A DNA stretch of 63,258 nt, filler included, from Gonapodya sp. JEL0774 (GCA_027604505.1; 23 parts of 23 records of this genome joined end to end with filler, not necessarily neighbours in it), one strand, 5' to 3'. Positions 14,328-27,638 are shown, counted from the whole stretch's first letter. Notes: generated from the sequence alone by a model not told the origin. Program-made: numbers and translations.

Positions 14328-16343
14328 TTGCACACATCACCGCACAACAATCTGCCTATGTCCACGGAACCACCGCACTTGCTGAGTACACAGGCGCCGG
14401 GCCCGCAAGACCCAATGAACGCCAACACATTACCAGGGCCGAACGCCGCGCAAACTGGCGCAACCACCCTCACCGCACAGCGCCAGTTGGAAGAGGACCA
14501 ACTTCGGGCAGCGCTTATACAGAGCACGTTGACGCATCGAATGGAGGACGTGCAGCGGACCAGAACAACAGGGATCAGTTCCGGTTCGAACGCACCACTT
14601 TTGGATCGCGCCACCCCCCAGCCTACTTCGGCACCAATTACAACGTCAGAGCCAGCAGTTACTCCCCCAACGGCGGAACAATTCGATCTGGCGAGGCGGA
14701 AAATGCAGGCGGCAATGGACGAATATCTCGGGATGCAGGCAATCCTGAACGCAGCCGCCGCTCACCAACAGCCTCCACCCGCTCTTCCACTGTTCGCGAC
14801 GCCGCAGATGACGACAACACCGCTCCCATCTTCACCGTTACCTTACGTAACGACGAACCCCCTGACGAGCGTCGAGTTCAGGACTCACGCCTTCCCCTCT
14901 GGCAGCGTGCACCGCCCCGTACCCGCTCTCCAGAGCTCCGCTGGAGTGTCACGATCCCAGTTCGCACCACCGCCCGCTCCAGCATCGGTGCCAGTCACCC
15001 ATCCGTGGTTGGCAGGAACGCAGTTTACATCTCGGCCACTGATGCCACCGGGTTGGCCACAGCCGCCGCCGCCGCCGAATTGGTATCCGGCGCCCACTCA
15101 GAACCACATCACAGTGACAGTTCCAACACCCCCAGCCGAGATACCCGCCTGGAACGAGGACCGACAGACCCCTCACACGTGGGCGGAAATTCTCGCCCAA
15201 ACCTTCCGCGCTGGTAATGAGGAGCCTCTCAAGTTTGCGGCGAGGGCATCTATCAAGTTGATCAACGGTGGGCCAAGGGCGAAACGTGCAATTGACAAGC
15301 TGCAGGCGGATGTTCGATACCCAGCGATTGCATCATTGGAAGACTTTTTGTATCTTTTTGTCGAAGCGGCAAGCGAGCGAACGGATGAATACGTCGCAAA
15401 ATTGAGGATGGACACGTACAGACCAGATCACTTGGCGTCAGTCGAATCACAAATTGGGGAGATGATGGATAGGATTCAAAATTGGAAAAACTGCAAACCC
15501 GAAGTGGCGAACGCCATTGCGAATCGAGAAGGAACAGCATACGACCAAATCAAGTCGGCAGTCTCGAAAGCATGGTCGTCTTCGCCCAACGCCAACCGTC
15601 TCGCCAATATGGCCATACAAAAGCATCGATCTATTGAGGATATGTTCCAAGTCATTCGGGATCAACAGATCGCGGATCTCAATGCAAACAAAGTTACAAT
15701 CGCCGATAGTGTCATCGGGCTCAACGTGGTCAAGGCACCAAGTTTCCTCGCACCGGCCACACGCCCCGCCACCCCAACACCTCTTCCTTCTTCGGGTCGC
15801 ACTTTTGCTCGACCTTTCAACGATTCTTACAATAGTCGCAACCGCAGTATGCTGGCCTTACTTGCGGATCCTCCACAGGGTCAAGCGATACCTTCCCCGC
15901 CGCAGCCTCAACCCTCAACACCGTGTTGGAACTGCGGACTCGAGGATGGACATTGGGCGAATGATTGTAAATCGACGGCGGACATTGGCGATGCAAAGGA
16001 TTTCATGCGGGCGTTTAAGTTTGCGCCTCCAAAGTGGACACCCGGCACCCCCTACCAGGCTCCCTACCATATCCGCCGCATGATTGATGGAGAATTGGCA
16101 AGGATTGCAAATCGAGTGCAATTGTACAACAACACTCAGATGAACAGAAGGGGTCGGGGAGCACCGGCGAATAATGGAAGAAACACGGATGCAAACAGGG
16201 CGAAAGTGAGGTTCCAGAAGGATTTGTTAACGATTTATGCGGATCAGTCCAACACGGAGGGCGTGAACGATCTGACGGAGGAACAAATGGAGGATTTCAT
16301 GCAGTTGGACGATGATGACAATGAATTCAATCCTCGTGAGTAG
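14328..16343 (+). mobile_element. Retrotransposon Gag-like ORF (671 aa, intronless) with zinc knuckle
   Basis: Pro-rich N-terminus, helical capsid-like core (IPAWNED...TPHTWAEIL), CCHC knuckle CWNCGLEDGHWANDC, basic tail. No pol within the contig. Confidence 0.65.
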
Positions 16344-17394
16344 TTAATGATCAGATGTAATCCTTTTTAATCGGTGAATGCATTAAAGAAGTCGAAGTAC
16401 ACACACGGAAGACCGCATGAGGTTGACGTAGTACGGTGATGCATGAGGGAAGACCCGGAATTAGCAAGTGGGCAGAGGGGCCCANNNNNNNNNNNNNNNN
16501 NNNNNNNNNNNNNNNNNNNNNNNNNNNNTTAATTAATTAANNNNNNNNNNNNNNNNNNNNNNNNNNNNNNNNNNNNNNNNNNNNCGTCGAGCTAGAGCCT
16601 TTCAGTGTGGAGGAGGAGCTCATCACCCCGGTGGGTTGCGACCTGTTTCTTCTTCAGCGCTATGATTAGTTACATTGAACCGTGCGCGGGTTCTAGACCT
16701 TCAAAAACAAGCGCCCAAATCTCAAGAAGAAGTACAACACAATCTGCGAGAGCATTTACCAGCAACATCAGACAGAGATGTGACCAACCATACTGTATAT
16801 GACGAGTTTGTCTGCTTCCTTCACATCTGATTTTAGTCAGTTTTTGCACATGATATTAGCACCATATGGATGAAAAAGTCTGCCCCCGTAATACAGTTTT
16901 CTAGTTGCAAAGGTGACGCGAGAAAACATATAAAGACCATGCATATCCCATATTGATAGAAGGAACGTGAGAGGTAGTGGATTCTCCTGGACGTATGAAC
17001 GGGACTGTCCGTGCTGATACTAATGATGTTACACACACAACAGTATTCTATCCACTGAGCCGCCGAAACCCACAACTGTAATAATATCACGGATTTGATT
17101 CACATCAATCACATACGCGTGCTCTGGGTCTCACATTCCAGAACCTACCTTGTGCATTTTCGCCGGTCTGAATTGCTTTTCCGGACGAGAAATGTTGCCC
17201 GTTCACCTCTTCATGAAGGTGGAAATTGCAACCATCCTCAGTTCCGAATCCCTGGCTGACCTCATATGCTTCAATCAAAGACTCGTGGAAGACAAAGAAT
17301 CGTTCCAATCCCGAATCAAGCTCCAGTCAACATGGAGTTTTCCGCACTTGATCGCCAGCCCAATCGCGCCGAATCACCCATCCGAAGAGGGCTA

Positions 17395-18675
17395 ATGACT
17401 CCAGAAATCGTGCAGAGAATTGTGTCATCATTGCCGGATCAGAAAAGCAAGGCCGCTTGTGTCGGAGTGTGGTGAGTGATTGATCATGTACGGGCAAAAA
17501 TGAACGACACAACGCGCGATTCACGTCAACCTTACCGAACATCACACAATCACTAAATGGAGCACTTTGTAGAGGGGAATCGCTTTCGCAGATCTGTGGA
17601 CGACGTGGCCTTTCAATGGAAGTCAAAAGAGTTTGCAGCGACTGCAGGCGTATCACTTCATGGTGGATACTTGGAAAGCTCTTGTTCGGCCTAGAACCTT
17701 GAGCTACTTTCTTGGACCTAAAACTGACGCTTCCTATGATGATCTCAGCAATCTTGTTGTGACGTTCTGTGAAATTGCAAGTCGCACCAACTCCGTCCGG
17801 TTTTACTGCGACTCGGACAGTGTGGTTGTGGGACTCTGTTGCTGCGTTATTCCCATAGCTGCAAATCTCAGATCTCTGGTTCTCGGTGACCTACCATCAA
17901 GCGCGAAGCCCTGGTGGCCCAGTTGCTTCGAAGGTGTTCTGCATTGGGAGTTCTAGAGCTTAAATTCAAGAGAAACGATGCTATCAATATCCCAATCACA
18001 TTAGTACACTCTTTGAAGTCACTGTGGATGCACTGGATCCATATTGAGAATTTTCAAGAAATTGGTCAACTTCGGAACCTTCCTGGAATCTCAATTGGTC
18101 GCACACCGAGTTTAAAACCTCTTCACCAGTTGCCACTACTATGTAAATTACGTCTCTTCCAATGCGAAGCTGTGTGGTCTGATGTTCAAGAGCTGCTCCA
18201 CAGCGTCGGTGGTCAACTCTCCATCTTGAGCCTGTCACCAAAACAGCCACCTTCCGGCCCGCCAATCGTCCCACTTTCAAACACAGTGTCATCGATAGTT
18301 GTGGAAAGCATTATGTCTAGCTGTCCCAACCTGGAGATATTGGAACTTTCAGCTTTCCAGGATAGCGTTTTGACTGCGTTCATACGATTGATTGATGCGC
18401 TGCCTAAGCTCCGCGTACTGGCGATGTATCGCATGAACATTATCCCGGATATTCATGCGAAGTTGATACTCGATGCTTTGTTGAGACGTCGAGCGCAACC
18501 GATCGATATAATCTTCCGCTGGAAGGACAATGAAGTGGGGGTTGTGGTAAGGGATGGGATGGAAATGTCGAAGTGGAGTGACGTAAGGCTGGGTGGATGT
18601 GAGCCACTTAAACCTTCGCAGCGAGTGATGTGGGACGAAACGACATGGACGGTGGGCCGATATGACAAAACATGA
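17395..18675 (+). pseudogene. F-box/LRR-like gene, probably disrupted
   Basis: MTPEIVQRIVSSLP...ACVGV and RGIAFADLW are F-box-like; LRR-like LRSLVL, CPNLEILELS, LPKLRVLAM. Apparent TAG at about 17567 and a frame switch at about 17910 with no usable intron. Confidence 0.5.
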
Positions 18676-18963
18676 AGGGCAAAAGCAGCTAGAATCCACA
18701 ATTCGAATTAGACATGGCCAGTGTTTAGTTTGTTTTCAACAAGGTGATCGTGCAAATGATGGTTCGGGGGAGGAACAATGCCCCAAGTCAATGACTCCCT
18801 CGGAACACAGTACAGACACACAATCGCATAAATTCCCTTGAAGCTCAATCAATCAGATCATATCAGTCAATCTAGGTGGACCCGGCTGAATCTGTACTGA
18901 CATACAAGTTGGCATTCCCAGTCTTTGATCTCCCACCATCCATCAAATAAGTTGGCCGCCAGA

Positions 18964-19155
18964 ATGTACACCGCTGCCGCCAAAGAAATTCTGGAGCCGA
19001 TATCCAATGCGGTAGTTCAGCTCATAGTCATCAACTCCGATGCTCAAATCGCCAAGTCTCCGATGCCAGACGTGACAGAGTTTGCCGGAGTCGTCAGGAC
19101 TCAGGTTCAGAAGCTGGCTGCTATCGGCGAGGAGATGACCGCGAAATGGGACAAG
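18964..19155 (+). CDS. Vinculin/alpha-catenin family protein, first exon
   Basis: MYTAAAKEILEPISNAVVQLIVINSDAQIAKSPMPDVTEFAGVVRTQVQKLAAIGEE aligns without gaps to the vinculin N-terminus ([57 protein letters not shown]); GTGAGT donor at 19156. Confidence 0.8.
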
Positions 19156-19624
19156 GTGAGTCTGAATGCTATCGCGTTGAGAATCTCGATCTCAATCATT
19201 CTCAATTGGGCACTCTCCGCGCACCCATCTGTCACACAATCGGGGCTNNNNNNNNNNNNNNNNNNNNNNNNNNNNNNNNNNNNNNNNNNNNTTAATTAAT
19301 TAANNNNNNNNNNNNNNNNNNNNNNNNNNNNNNNNNNNNNNNNNNNNTGGAACGCCAAAAGGTATGAACGTTATCGGCGTGGAGCTTGCCAGGTTCTTTG
19401 TCCGATCACGGTGAGGGTTCATGTTCCCCATGACCCCCTGAGAATTCTAATGTCAGGGACATCCCTGGATTTACCCGACGGCTTGGCGGCGACCAAGCGA
19501 TCAGATAATTTTTTGTCTCATTGGACGCTGTTTACGCAAAGGCGTGGTTGGTGGTTTGCAGAACACACAATGATACATATGCACGCTAGACGTACATCTC
19601 AGGAATAGAGTCTGTTAATCGTCA

Positions 19625-20722
19625 CTACAGAGCGTTTGCCTTCTCGATCATCTCATCCATTTCTCTCCATGCATTGTCTTCTTCAGATAGGTCCATGGGT
19701 ACGGCGTGCGGCAGAGGCCCTGTGTGCCGCAGATTTGGCTGAGCGGGAGCAGTCGGCGCGACGTGCACCACTGTATCACGAGAGTGTGAAGACCAGGCTG
19801 CAACATCCTCCAAAGTAGCGTTGGGGTCCAAGGCCGCCGAACTCGGTTCTCTCATTGAATGCGCCTTTGTTCCTGTGCTGTGCGCGTTGTGTCGCACCTC
19901 GAGCGCCTTTCTCGCCGCTTCTTCCTTCGCATCCTTTTTCCTTCCTCTCCATTCTGACCAAGGGTATGTGACTTGGTCTTCCATACCGGGCTCAAACACC
20001 ACTCGAAGTCGGAACAATGGGAGGTGTCCATGAACAGACTGCTCTTCTTCGTATCGAAGACTTGACGGCGGATATCGCAAGTACTGAATATGTTCTTGAA
20101 GCAGAGAGATAGGATTCACAGGGAGGCTTGAAGCAACTGCAACGGGAGCTGACGTGGCGGCTGTCGACAAGTGGGTCATTGCAGTCGGGGAGGATGAAGG
20201 GGGCAAGGCGGAAGGGCTGACCACCGGAGATGTTCGAGTTGACTTAATATTACTTGCGCGTGCAGGGGTACCAGGTGCTGCCGAAGGTGGGATCGAAGTT
20301 ATAGGAGGTGCAGACAATGAGTGGGCAAACGGACTGATGAATTGTACAGACCATCGACAAAAGCTCACCCACACTTTCCTCGATTAGAAAATCCATCATT
20401 TTCTTAGCGCACTCCTGCTTTGCGTCGGCCTTTCTCACTGCGAGCCCCATCAGTGTCGCGGAGAAGGACTGCCCGCACAGCATGCCCTCACAAACCCAAC
20501 CATTACCCTGGAGCGATGGGCGGATGTCAAAGGTCGGAAATGGTGCGAACCGAGGGTTGGATTGAATGTAGAAGTTTAAACGGGAGATATGGTCGATTGG
20601 GGCTGTGAGGCTGGAAAATGCAGTTTGAGTGACAACTTCGGGAACCGATCGCGTTCGAACCCAAACACGACCAGCTCATTCAATAAGTCTGAGAATGCAT
20701 TTAATTTCATTACGTACGTCAT
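19625..20722 (-). CDS. Protein with two dsRNA-binding domains
   Basis: dsRBD2: NPISLLQEHIQ...LRYEEEQ...HLPLFRLRV...GRKKDAKEEAARKAL. dsRBD1: MTYVMKLN...GWVCEGMLCGQSF...RKADAKQECAKKMMDFL. Ser/Pro-rich linker between them. Confidence 0.75.
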
Positions 20723-20968
20723 TGCAATGGCTGATGGGGCAATGGAGAGAGCGGGAGAAAGGTGCTTCAATGCTTTTCGTCCACAGCAGCGTTTGTACTA
20801 CAAAGCAAGGCTTTCACAACAGGATAAACCGAACAAGCAACGCCGATGGAGCACACGCGCAGGAAAGTACCATCTGAGGAGATGAGATCTATATAAATAA
20901 AAAGCATATCCGGAAATACAAAATAGGAAGCCAGCTCTCCACAAAGAAATAAAGTTTTGACAAATATC

Positions 20969-22004
20969 TCAATTTCGCCTCTTACTTGGTATCTGCTGGT
21001 ACCTGCCATCCCCGGTGGCATACACGGTCTTCTGCTGCTTTGGCAAGTAAGGGTTCCCCTGCGACTTCTGCTCCGTCATCGAAAACATCTGCCGAAGGGG
21101 TGTAGTACCACGAATCTGGGGAAGCCCATATTCCATTCCACGTTTAGCATTCTCGTACTTCTCAAACTCTCTGGGTTCGTCGAACCATGCATCCATGATC
21201 TTGTCGACATCATGAAGATCAAGTCCAATGTTACTGAGGTACTTGCGCACATTAGGATCCCTGCCGAACGTGACAAACCATTTGAAGACGGTCATGTTTG
21301 TCGCGTTGATGCTGTAGAGGACAGCGGTGAGGAGTCCATGTTGGTCCCAAACCTTGAGGAACATATCGTTCGGTCTTGTAACAAACACGCCGATTAAGCG
21401 ACTTGATCTGACTGCCATATCCCGAGAGAAAATGTATCAAGACTCACAAAATCTGCGAGTGGTGTCCATAGGTCATTCCCAAGTACTCCCAAACCCAATT
21501 GGTGGAGACAAGCGAAGAAACAGTCCAGACAAGTGAGAACTATGCAAAAACGCCAACCCGGCAGAGACGTTATCAAGCATTAGTGTCAGTCACCTTCAAT
21601 GACTGAAACATCACCGCGAAACTCACAAAGTTGAGATAGAAATATATATTCCAATCTAGCGCAGGTGCGATCAAGTTGAATGAGTAAGAGCAAGACTCCT
21701 TCCGCCGTCCTCCGATGATCCGATCCAACAAAACTCACTTCCTGCAGGTTCAATGAGCTGTGGTGTTATTTGGATAAGCTTGGCGTAGAATGCAAAAACA
21801 CCGAGACCAACCGCCCTGACCGCGGAGTCGGAGAACCACATGAGATTCCACAGAGTCATCAGCCATTCGTCATCGAAGAACTTACGTCGGCATAAAGAAA
21901 CCGAAATAAATTATGTAGGTAAAGGCCGTGACGGTTTTCTTCCACCTGGCGATACTTTTTGCGTTCCTTTCGTTCGTAAAGTGGGCCATCGAATCATCTC
22001 CACC
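20969..22004 (-). CDS. Hypothetical multi-exon protein, C-terminal part
   Basis: 149-aa globular-looking terminal exon (20969-21418) plus upstream hydrophobic exons; family not recognised. Confidence 0.4.
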
Positions 22005-22199
22005 NNNNNNNNNNNNNNNNNNNNNNNNNNNNNNNNNNNNNNNNNNNNTTAATTAATTAANNNNNNNNNNNNNNNNNNNNNNNNNNNNNNNNNNNNNNNN
22101 NNNNTATCTTTATATGTCCATGTGATTGCAGTACCATCGTGCTTTCAAGATTTACCGAGACGATTCTCCCAATTTTCCACCACTCAGAAAACCAAACAC

Positions 22200-23663
22200 A
22201 CGCTTGATCGGATCGCGCAGCTGGAACGGGAACGTGAAGAAGTGAGACGGTCCTGTCGTCTTGTTAGTTTACATAAACTCATGGCCATTGATGTTCCACC
22301 TGTACACGTCAGTTTCAGAGCTCTCGTGAAGCAGCTGAGTCGCAGTTGCGAGAGACCTTGAGCAACATGGAGTCAGAGCGACGCCGGGTAGAGGAGGATC
22401 GCGATGCGGCGAAGAAATCGTTGGTAAGGACTGCAGAGGCATTTCTTCGCGTTGGCGGTTGCGCTTCACAGACACGTTTTGCGCTTTCCGTTCGAAAGAG
22501 CGCGGCTCAGCAAGAACGGGAGGCCGTGCGGCGTCGATTGAGCGAGGAGAAGGCGGCACTCGCGAGAAAGAAGGCCGAATTCGATACCGAGAGGAGATCG
22601 ATCGAGTTGAAAACCGAGGAGGTTCGTAGATTTGTGAGAGGCTTTCCGTTCTGTCTTCACCGCCACTCAGACGATTTGTCATGATCGTAGGAACGTACGT
22701 CCCTCCAGGTTGAGCGTGCTCACGTCGCAGCGAAACTCGCGGCACTTTCCGATCTCGAGAGTACTTTATCAGCTCGTCTCGCTCGAATATCGTCGGCGGA
22801 ACATCAAACAACGGAGCTTTTTGCGTCGCAGCGTGCTGAGCTGAGAGTCAAACTCGACGAAGCTTCGCGAGAGAGTGCGAAAGCTCAGATCGATCGATTA
22901 GAGGCAGAAAAGGATCGAAGAAAGGTGCAAGAGGAGGCGGAAGTAGTTCGGCGGATGCGAGAGTCATTGGATCGTGAAAGTGCGGTGGTGGAGACGAAAT
23001 CTCAAGAAGCCTGTGAGTTTGCGAGATTAATAGATACCCCACGTTAACAATTTACGCCATTTGTCTTCCTCATCGGCGGTTGGAACATCAGTGAAAAATC
23101 GGCAGAAGGCTGAGGAGCTACACCGCTCAGCAGAGATGCTTCAGGCGAAGTACCATCGTCTACTTGCAGATCTAGATGAAGCTCGGGGGCGTCTCAATGA
23201 GCAAAGTAAAACACTAGCAAAAGATCAAATCCAAGTTTGGAAGTCGCACAGGGAGCAGGGACAGAAGCGATCAAGAAGGAGGTTGACGATGGTGTGTATT
23301 GGTAGGAAGTGGCGCCGATCTCTGTTGAGTAGCCCCATCATTCATTCATTACAGTCGGTAACCACCTCTCCAAAGCCTCTTTGTTCGCCCAACAGAGTGC
23401 TGCCCGCAAATACTGGATATGCGGGTATGGTGGGACTTTCGTCCGAACAACATTTTAGCAGTCTGCCGTCTGAAGACCATGGAGGGTTCTTTGAAGAACA
23501 AGCACATATCAACATTCCTGAGGCGACATTAGAAGACCTGGCTAATGCGGAACTCGAACGAAATTGTTTTCGTAGTCGTAGAGAGGCCATTGGATCGAAC
23601 TTCGGTGTGAAAGAACTTATTGATTCGGTGGCAGAAGTTAAGAAGGTGAGAAGCACCAAATAA
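22200..23663 (+). CDS. Long coiled-coil protein, possibly FBF1-like (basal body/transition fibre), partial
   Basis: Spliced E/R/K-rich heptads. SAAQQEREAVRRRLSEEKAALARKKAEF and QRAELRVKLDE resemble the FBF1 C-terminal coil, but coiled-coil similarity is weak evidence. Confidence 0.4.
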
Positions 23664-23923
23664 AATGATAGTCAGAAATCGGGAATGCCTGGCTGACTGA
23701 TCGAAACGCTGTTGGCTTAAACCCTATTCGGATGGCGCACCGGTCACCGTTCGCCGGGTTATGACATCAGTCCGAAACCTTCTTGAAAGAGCAAATGTTA
23801 TTCCTCGACTCGATCGCGAACTCAAGACCACAATAAAACAATATATTATGTGGCCTTTTAAGTCCAAGGAGCGCATGGGCTCTCTGATGAGCCTTAGATG
23901 CGCCTGGACTGCAATGACTAAAA

Positions 23924-24761
23924 TCATACTAAAGTTCGCTTCGCGTGCTTGAGATCCCCTTCGCTCGGTGCCATTTCCAACCTCAACTCTTTGTTTATTT
24001 CGGCGAGCCTCCGTTTCAAATCAGGGACGTCGCCTAGTTGTTCCTGGATCCGTTTAATTTCCATGTCGATACTTTCGATGACATGGTCCGGTGTTTGCAA
24101 TGATTCAAGAATCCATTCGGTTCCATCCTCGCCTTCGCCTATCCGCAACAGCCAGTTATGGTGCTTGAGCAGAGCCGGTCGATGCGATATGGAGATGATT
24201 GTGACCCCCAGATCTTTAAATGAGTTGTAGAGAAGCCCTTCCACGTCTGTTGACACTGCGGCGGTCGCGTCATCGAGGACAATCCATCGCGGTCGGTGGT
24301 AAAACAGGCGAGCAAGTTGAATTCTTTGTTTCTCTCCACCAGAAAAGACATCCTGGAAAAGAAATGTCGTAGAGAACTCAATGACATAATAAATGCTTCT
24401 TTTGTGCAAATCGTGGGTCTCGTGCACCTCCTCACCTTCCACTCTTTAATGATTTCGAAACCGCCTTCTCGGTCTACCAAGTACTCCAGATACACCGTCT
24501 TCAGTATTTGAATCAGATCGTTGTCTGTCCGTCCGAGTTGAGCCATCTCAGTTTCACTGTGCGGGTAGATGATCTGCAAGTTGACCCGCGACAGAATTAA
24601 GCTTTATCAGACCAATGAACTCTACAATGAACTACTTTGCCCGAGTAAACACTCACCTGATCGCGCAACGTCCCAATAGGAAGATAGGGTCGTTGTGGAA
24701 CAAAGAAGACGGACGACAGACCCGCTGCAGGGCGGCGGATTTCACCATTAAATAGAGGCTG
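23924..24761 (-). CDS. Peroxisomal ABCD half-transporter (Pxa1/Pxa2 family), C-terminal NBD
   Basis: FFVPQRPYLPIGTLRDQ|IIYPHS, LEYLVDREGG, W|DVFSGGEKQRIQLARLFYHRP, VLDDATAAVS, SISHRPAL. Confidence 0.93.
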
Positions 24762-27638
24762 NNNNNNNNNNNNNNNNNNNNNNNNNNNNNNNNNNNNNNN
24801 NNNNNTTAATTAATTAANNNNNNNNNNNNNNNNNNNNNNNNNNNNNNNNNNNNNNNNNNNNACTCCGTGAGCAGGCAAGGGTGCGGACACGTACCGGTTG
24901 ATGATGGAGACTCGGGAATGGCGTTCGAGGATGATGGGCGTCGCGCCGATCGCGGTGATGAGGTAGTACAGAGATGGATGAAGGTAAGCGGGGCCGACAC
25001 GTTGATGAAGGATGCCTACGAGGAGTGAAGGGTAGGTGAGAAGATGTGATGCGAATGACGATTGTGGTTAGGGTGCACGTACACAACAACACCCGTGTGA
25101 TGAGCATATTCGAGCTCAAGAACGCCGTTGAGCGAGCCCATCCATCGAAGAACTCTATCGCTTCTTTGCGAAGAACCGCTGTCATCGTTCGGTGTGAGTG
25201 GTGATGACGGTGGTGCTTGTGATCGACGTTTCCGTTGCCAGTCCCGTTGGGTTCGGGCTCCCCTTCCACTTCACTCGCACTATTAGACGTGGCGCTGTCT
25301 GGGTCGGGGCCGGACGTGGATACGGCCATGTTGGTGAGGATGGGTCGTGGGGGCCGCGTGGAGTCACACTCACTCTCCTCCGTCTTTGCGGGAGCCGTCA
25401 TGCCGAAAACCCCGGGCCGTTTGTGCAGATTGTTCTTCCTTGATCCTTTGTGTGCATCTTTGCCCTCCACATCCCTCTGAGCCCTCATTTCGATCGTGGA
25501 ATCCACCCTCCGCATGTCCAGGATGCTGGCTGCACTTGGTGCGCGAGGCCCAAAGAGGGCTGAGAGGCGCCCACCACGTTTCACGGCGGCAAGAACAATG
25601 TTGTAAATGAGTGAAATTAGATACTGGAGGAGGTAAAATTTGAAGTAGAGGCTGGCGAGGAGGGAATGCGTTGAGAGTGATGCCCGGTGTTTTTGACAGT
25701 TCATAAACGACGGAGACGTTTCAAGCAACGCGATATTCACCTCCCAAGCTTCCACACGACCATTGGGGACTCCTTGACGAACGCTTCCACGCAATCCTCG
25801 ATTCCCGGGTGAGTCTGGTTTTCACACGTGATTTACAGATCCGAAGGAGATGTTCCTGTCAAGCATTGGCATACGCTCCGATTCAAACGGAATACCCAAG
25901 TACCTGTGAGCAATTTCGAATGACGTCGTATCCCCTTGCGAAGTTCGGGTACGTATGGCGGCTGTTGAAGGCGCTCATTGTCAGGTGCACGTTCTCGATG
26001 TTCGAGCGTACGAAGAGCGACTCACTCGAGGAAATTACGGTACTTATCAGTGAAATACTTATGGAACGACGTATCTGAAATTATCGTGGAGCTCATTGTG
26101 TCGGATGATCCCAATAACCAGCTATCAATGAAACCGAACTGACAACCATCCACGACGCATTGTCTCCGAAGCAAGCTCTGTCAGCGCTCCACACCATACC
26201 ACCTCCAATACTAACGCATCATCGTCAACATTGTGGGTTCCAGCACCAAAAAATACGCCGCATGCTCTGCCCACACTGGAATCCGTCTCTTTATCGAGAC
26301 TCGCAGCACCGTGAGGATCACCAGGTATTTGAATGAAAGAGGGGTAAAAAGCGGCTTCGAACTGAGCTTGGAGGTGGAAGGCGCCATTAGACTGACGGAG
26401 GACCGCCGGAAAGGCCAAATGCTTTTCCGGAAAATCTGCAGAATTTCGCTCCGCTCTTAGCTCGTGAATTCCACGAATCACATGTTCTGTAACATAAACA
26501 AAAAACACAGATACTATCTCAAAACGGATGTTCTTCGCACAGTTGTCTTAGGTGCACACTAAGAACCTTCACACCTCAGGAGAAATACACTTATGCCGGA
26601 GAAGACATTTAGAGTACTGGCACTTTGAGCGAAACAGAAAAGTGACTCACTGCCTTGAATCAAAATTGGTTTGAGCACCACCTGTTCTCCAGCACCACGA
26701 CTGGGTCCGCTTCCAGCGCTCACGGAGCCTGTGTCTGACACTTGTTCAGACAAAAACTGATATCTGGCAAGATTCGTGACTCGGTCAGCGAACATTAATG
26801 GTGCAACTGTGGAGATCGGCTTAGTTGCTGCAGCAGGAGAGAACAATGTCCCTGTTAGCGCAGCGACTCCAAGGCCATGCGTGTATTGCGTGTACGTATT
26901 CAGTGCAACTCACCGGGAGAGTACAGGAAGCTTAACTTAAAAGTAATATCTTGGATTTCGTCGGCAGTGAATTGGTTGTCATCCCTGAGGACGTGATAGT
27001 GCGAAGGTTTCGAAGTTCCAATCGCACCATGGTGAGACGTTAGGAAGAAATCTGTGCATGAATCAGGGGCAGAACAATCAGCAAACTAATCTAGCTCTGG
27101 ATAGCTAAAGTGCAATAATGGTATCCTACCGAAGAACAATGGGTCGGTGACGTCCCGGTCAATTACAGAACCTGGCAACTAGAATGGTAACGTGGAACAA
27201 CGTGGCATTTATGCAGCGGAATTTTGCAGTGCCAAAGGCAGAATCTTACCAAATTGCCCTTGTCGTCACCACTTCCGGACGGTCTATATCCGTTCTGTCG
27301 GTCTAAAGCGAAGAATCTCAGGGAATCTACAGAGGGCGGGAATAATGAATTGAGCAAATTTTCGCCCGTAGCTTGAGCAAATAGACAAAAAAAAAAAAGG
27401 CGACAGCATTAGTGTTACACGTACGTTGTTTCGTGGACACAATGAAGGTGACCTGGGTACTTACCCAAGAATCGATCAGCATCTCCGAAAAGTACACTTA
27501 GAAGATTGAACACAGACTNNNNNNNNNNNNNNNNNNNNNNNNNNNNNNNNNNNNNNNNNNNNTTAATTAATTAANNNNNNNNNNNNNNNNNNNNNNNNNN
27601 NNNNNNNNNNNNNNNNNNTACTCTATCAAATTTGAAGG

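Noticed and set aside
24862..27518. ORFs 24814-25794 and 26125-26508 on the minus strand
   Set aside because: May be exons of real genes, but I could not assign a family or a reliable structure.
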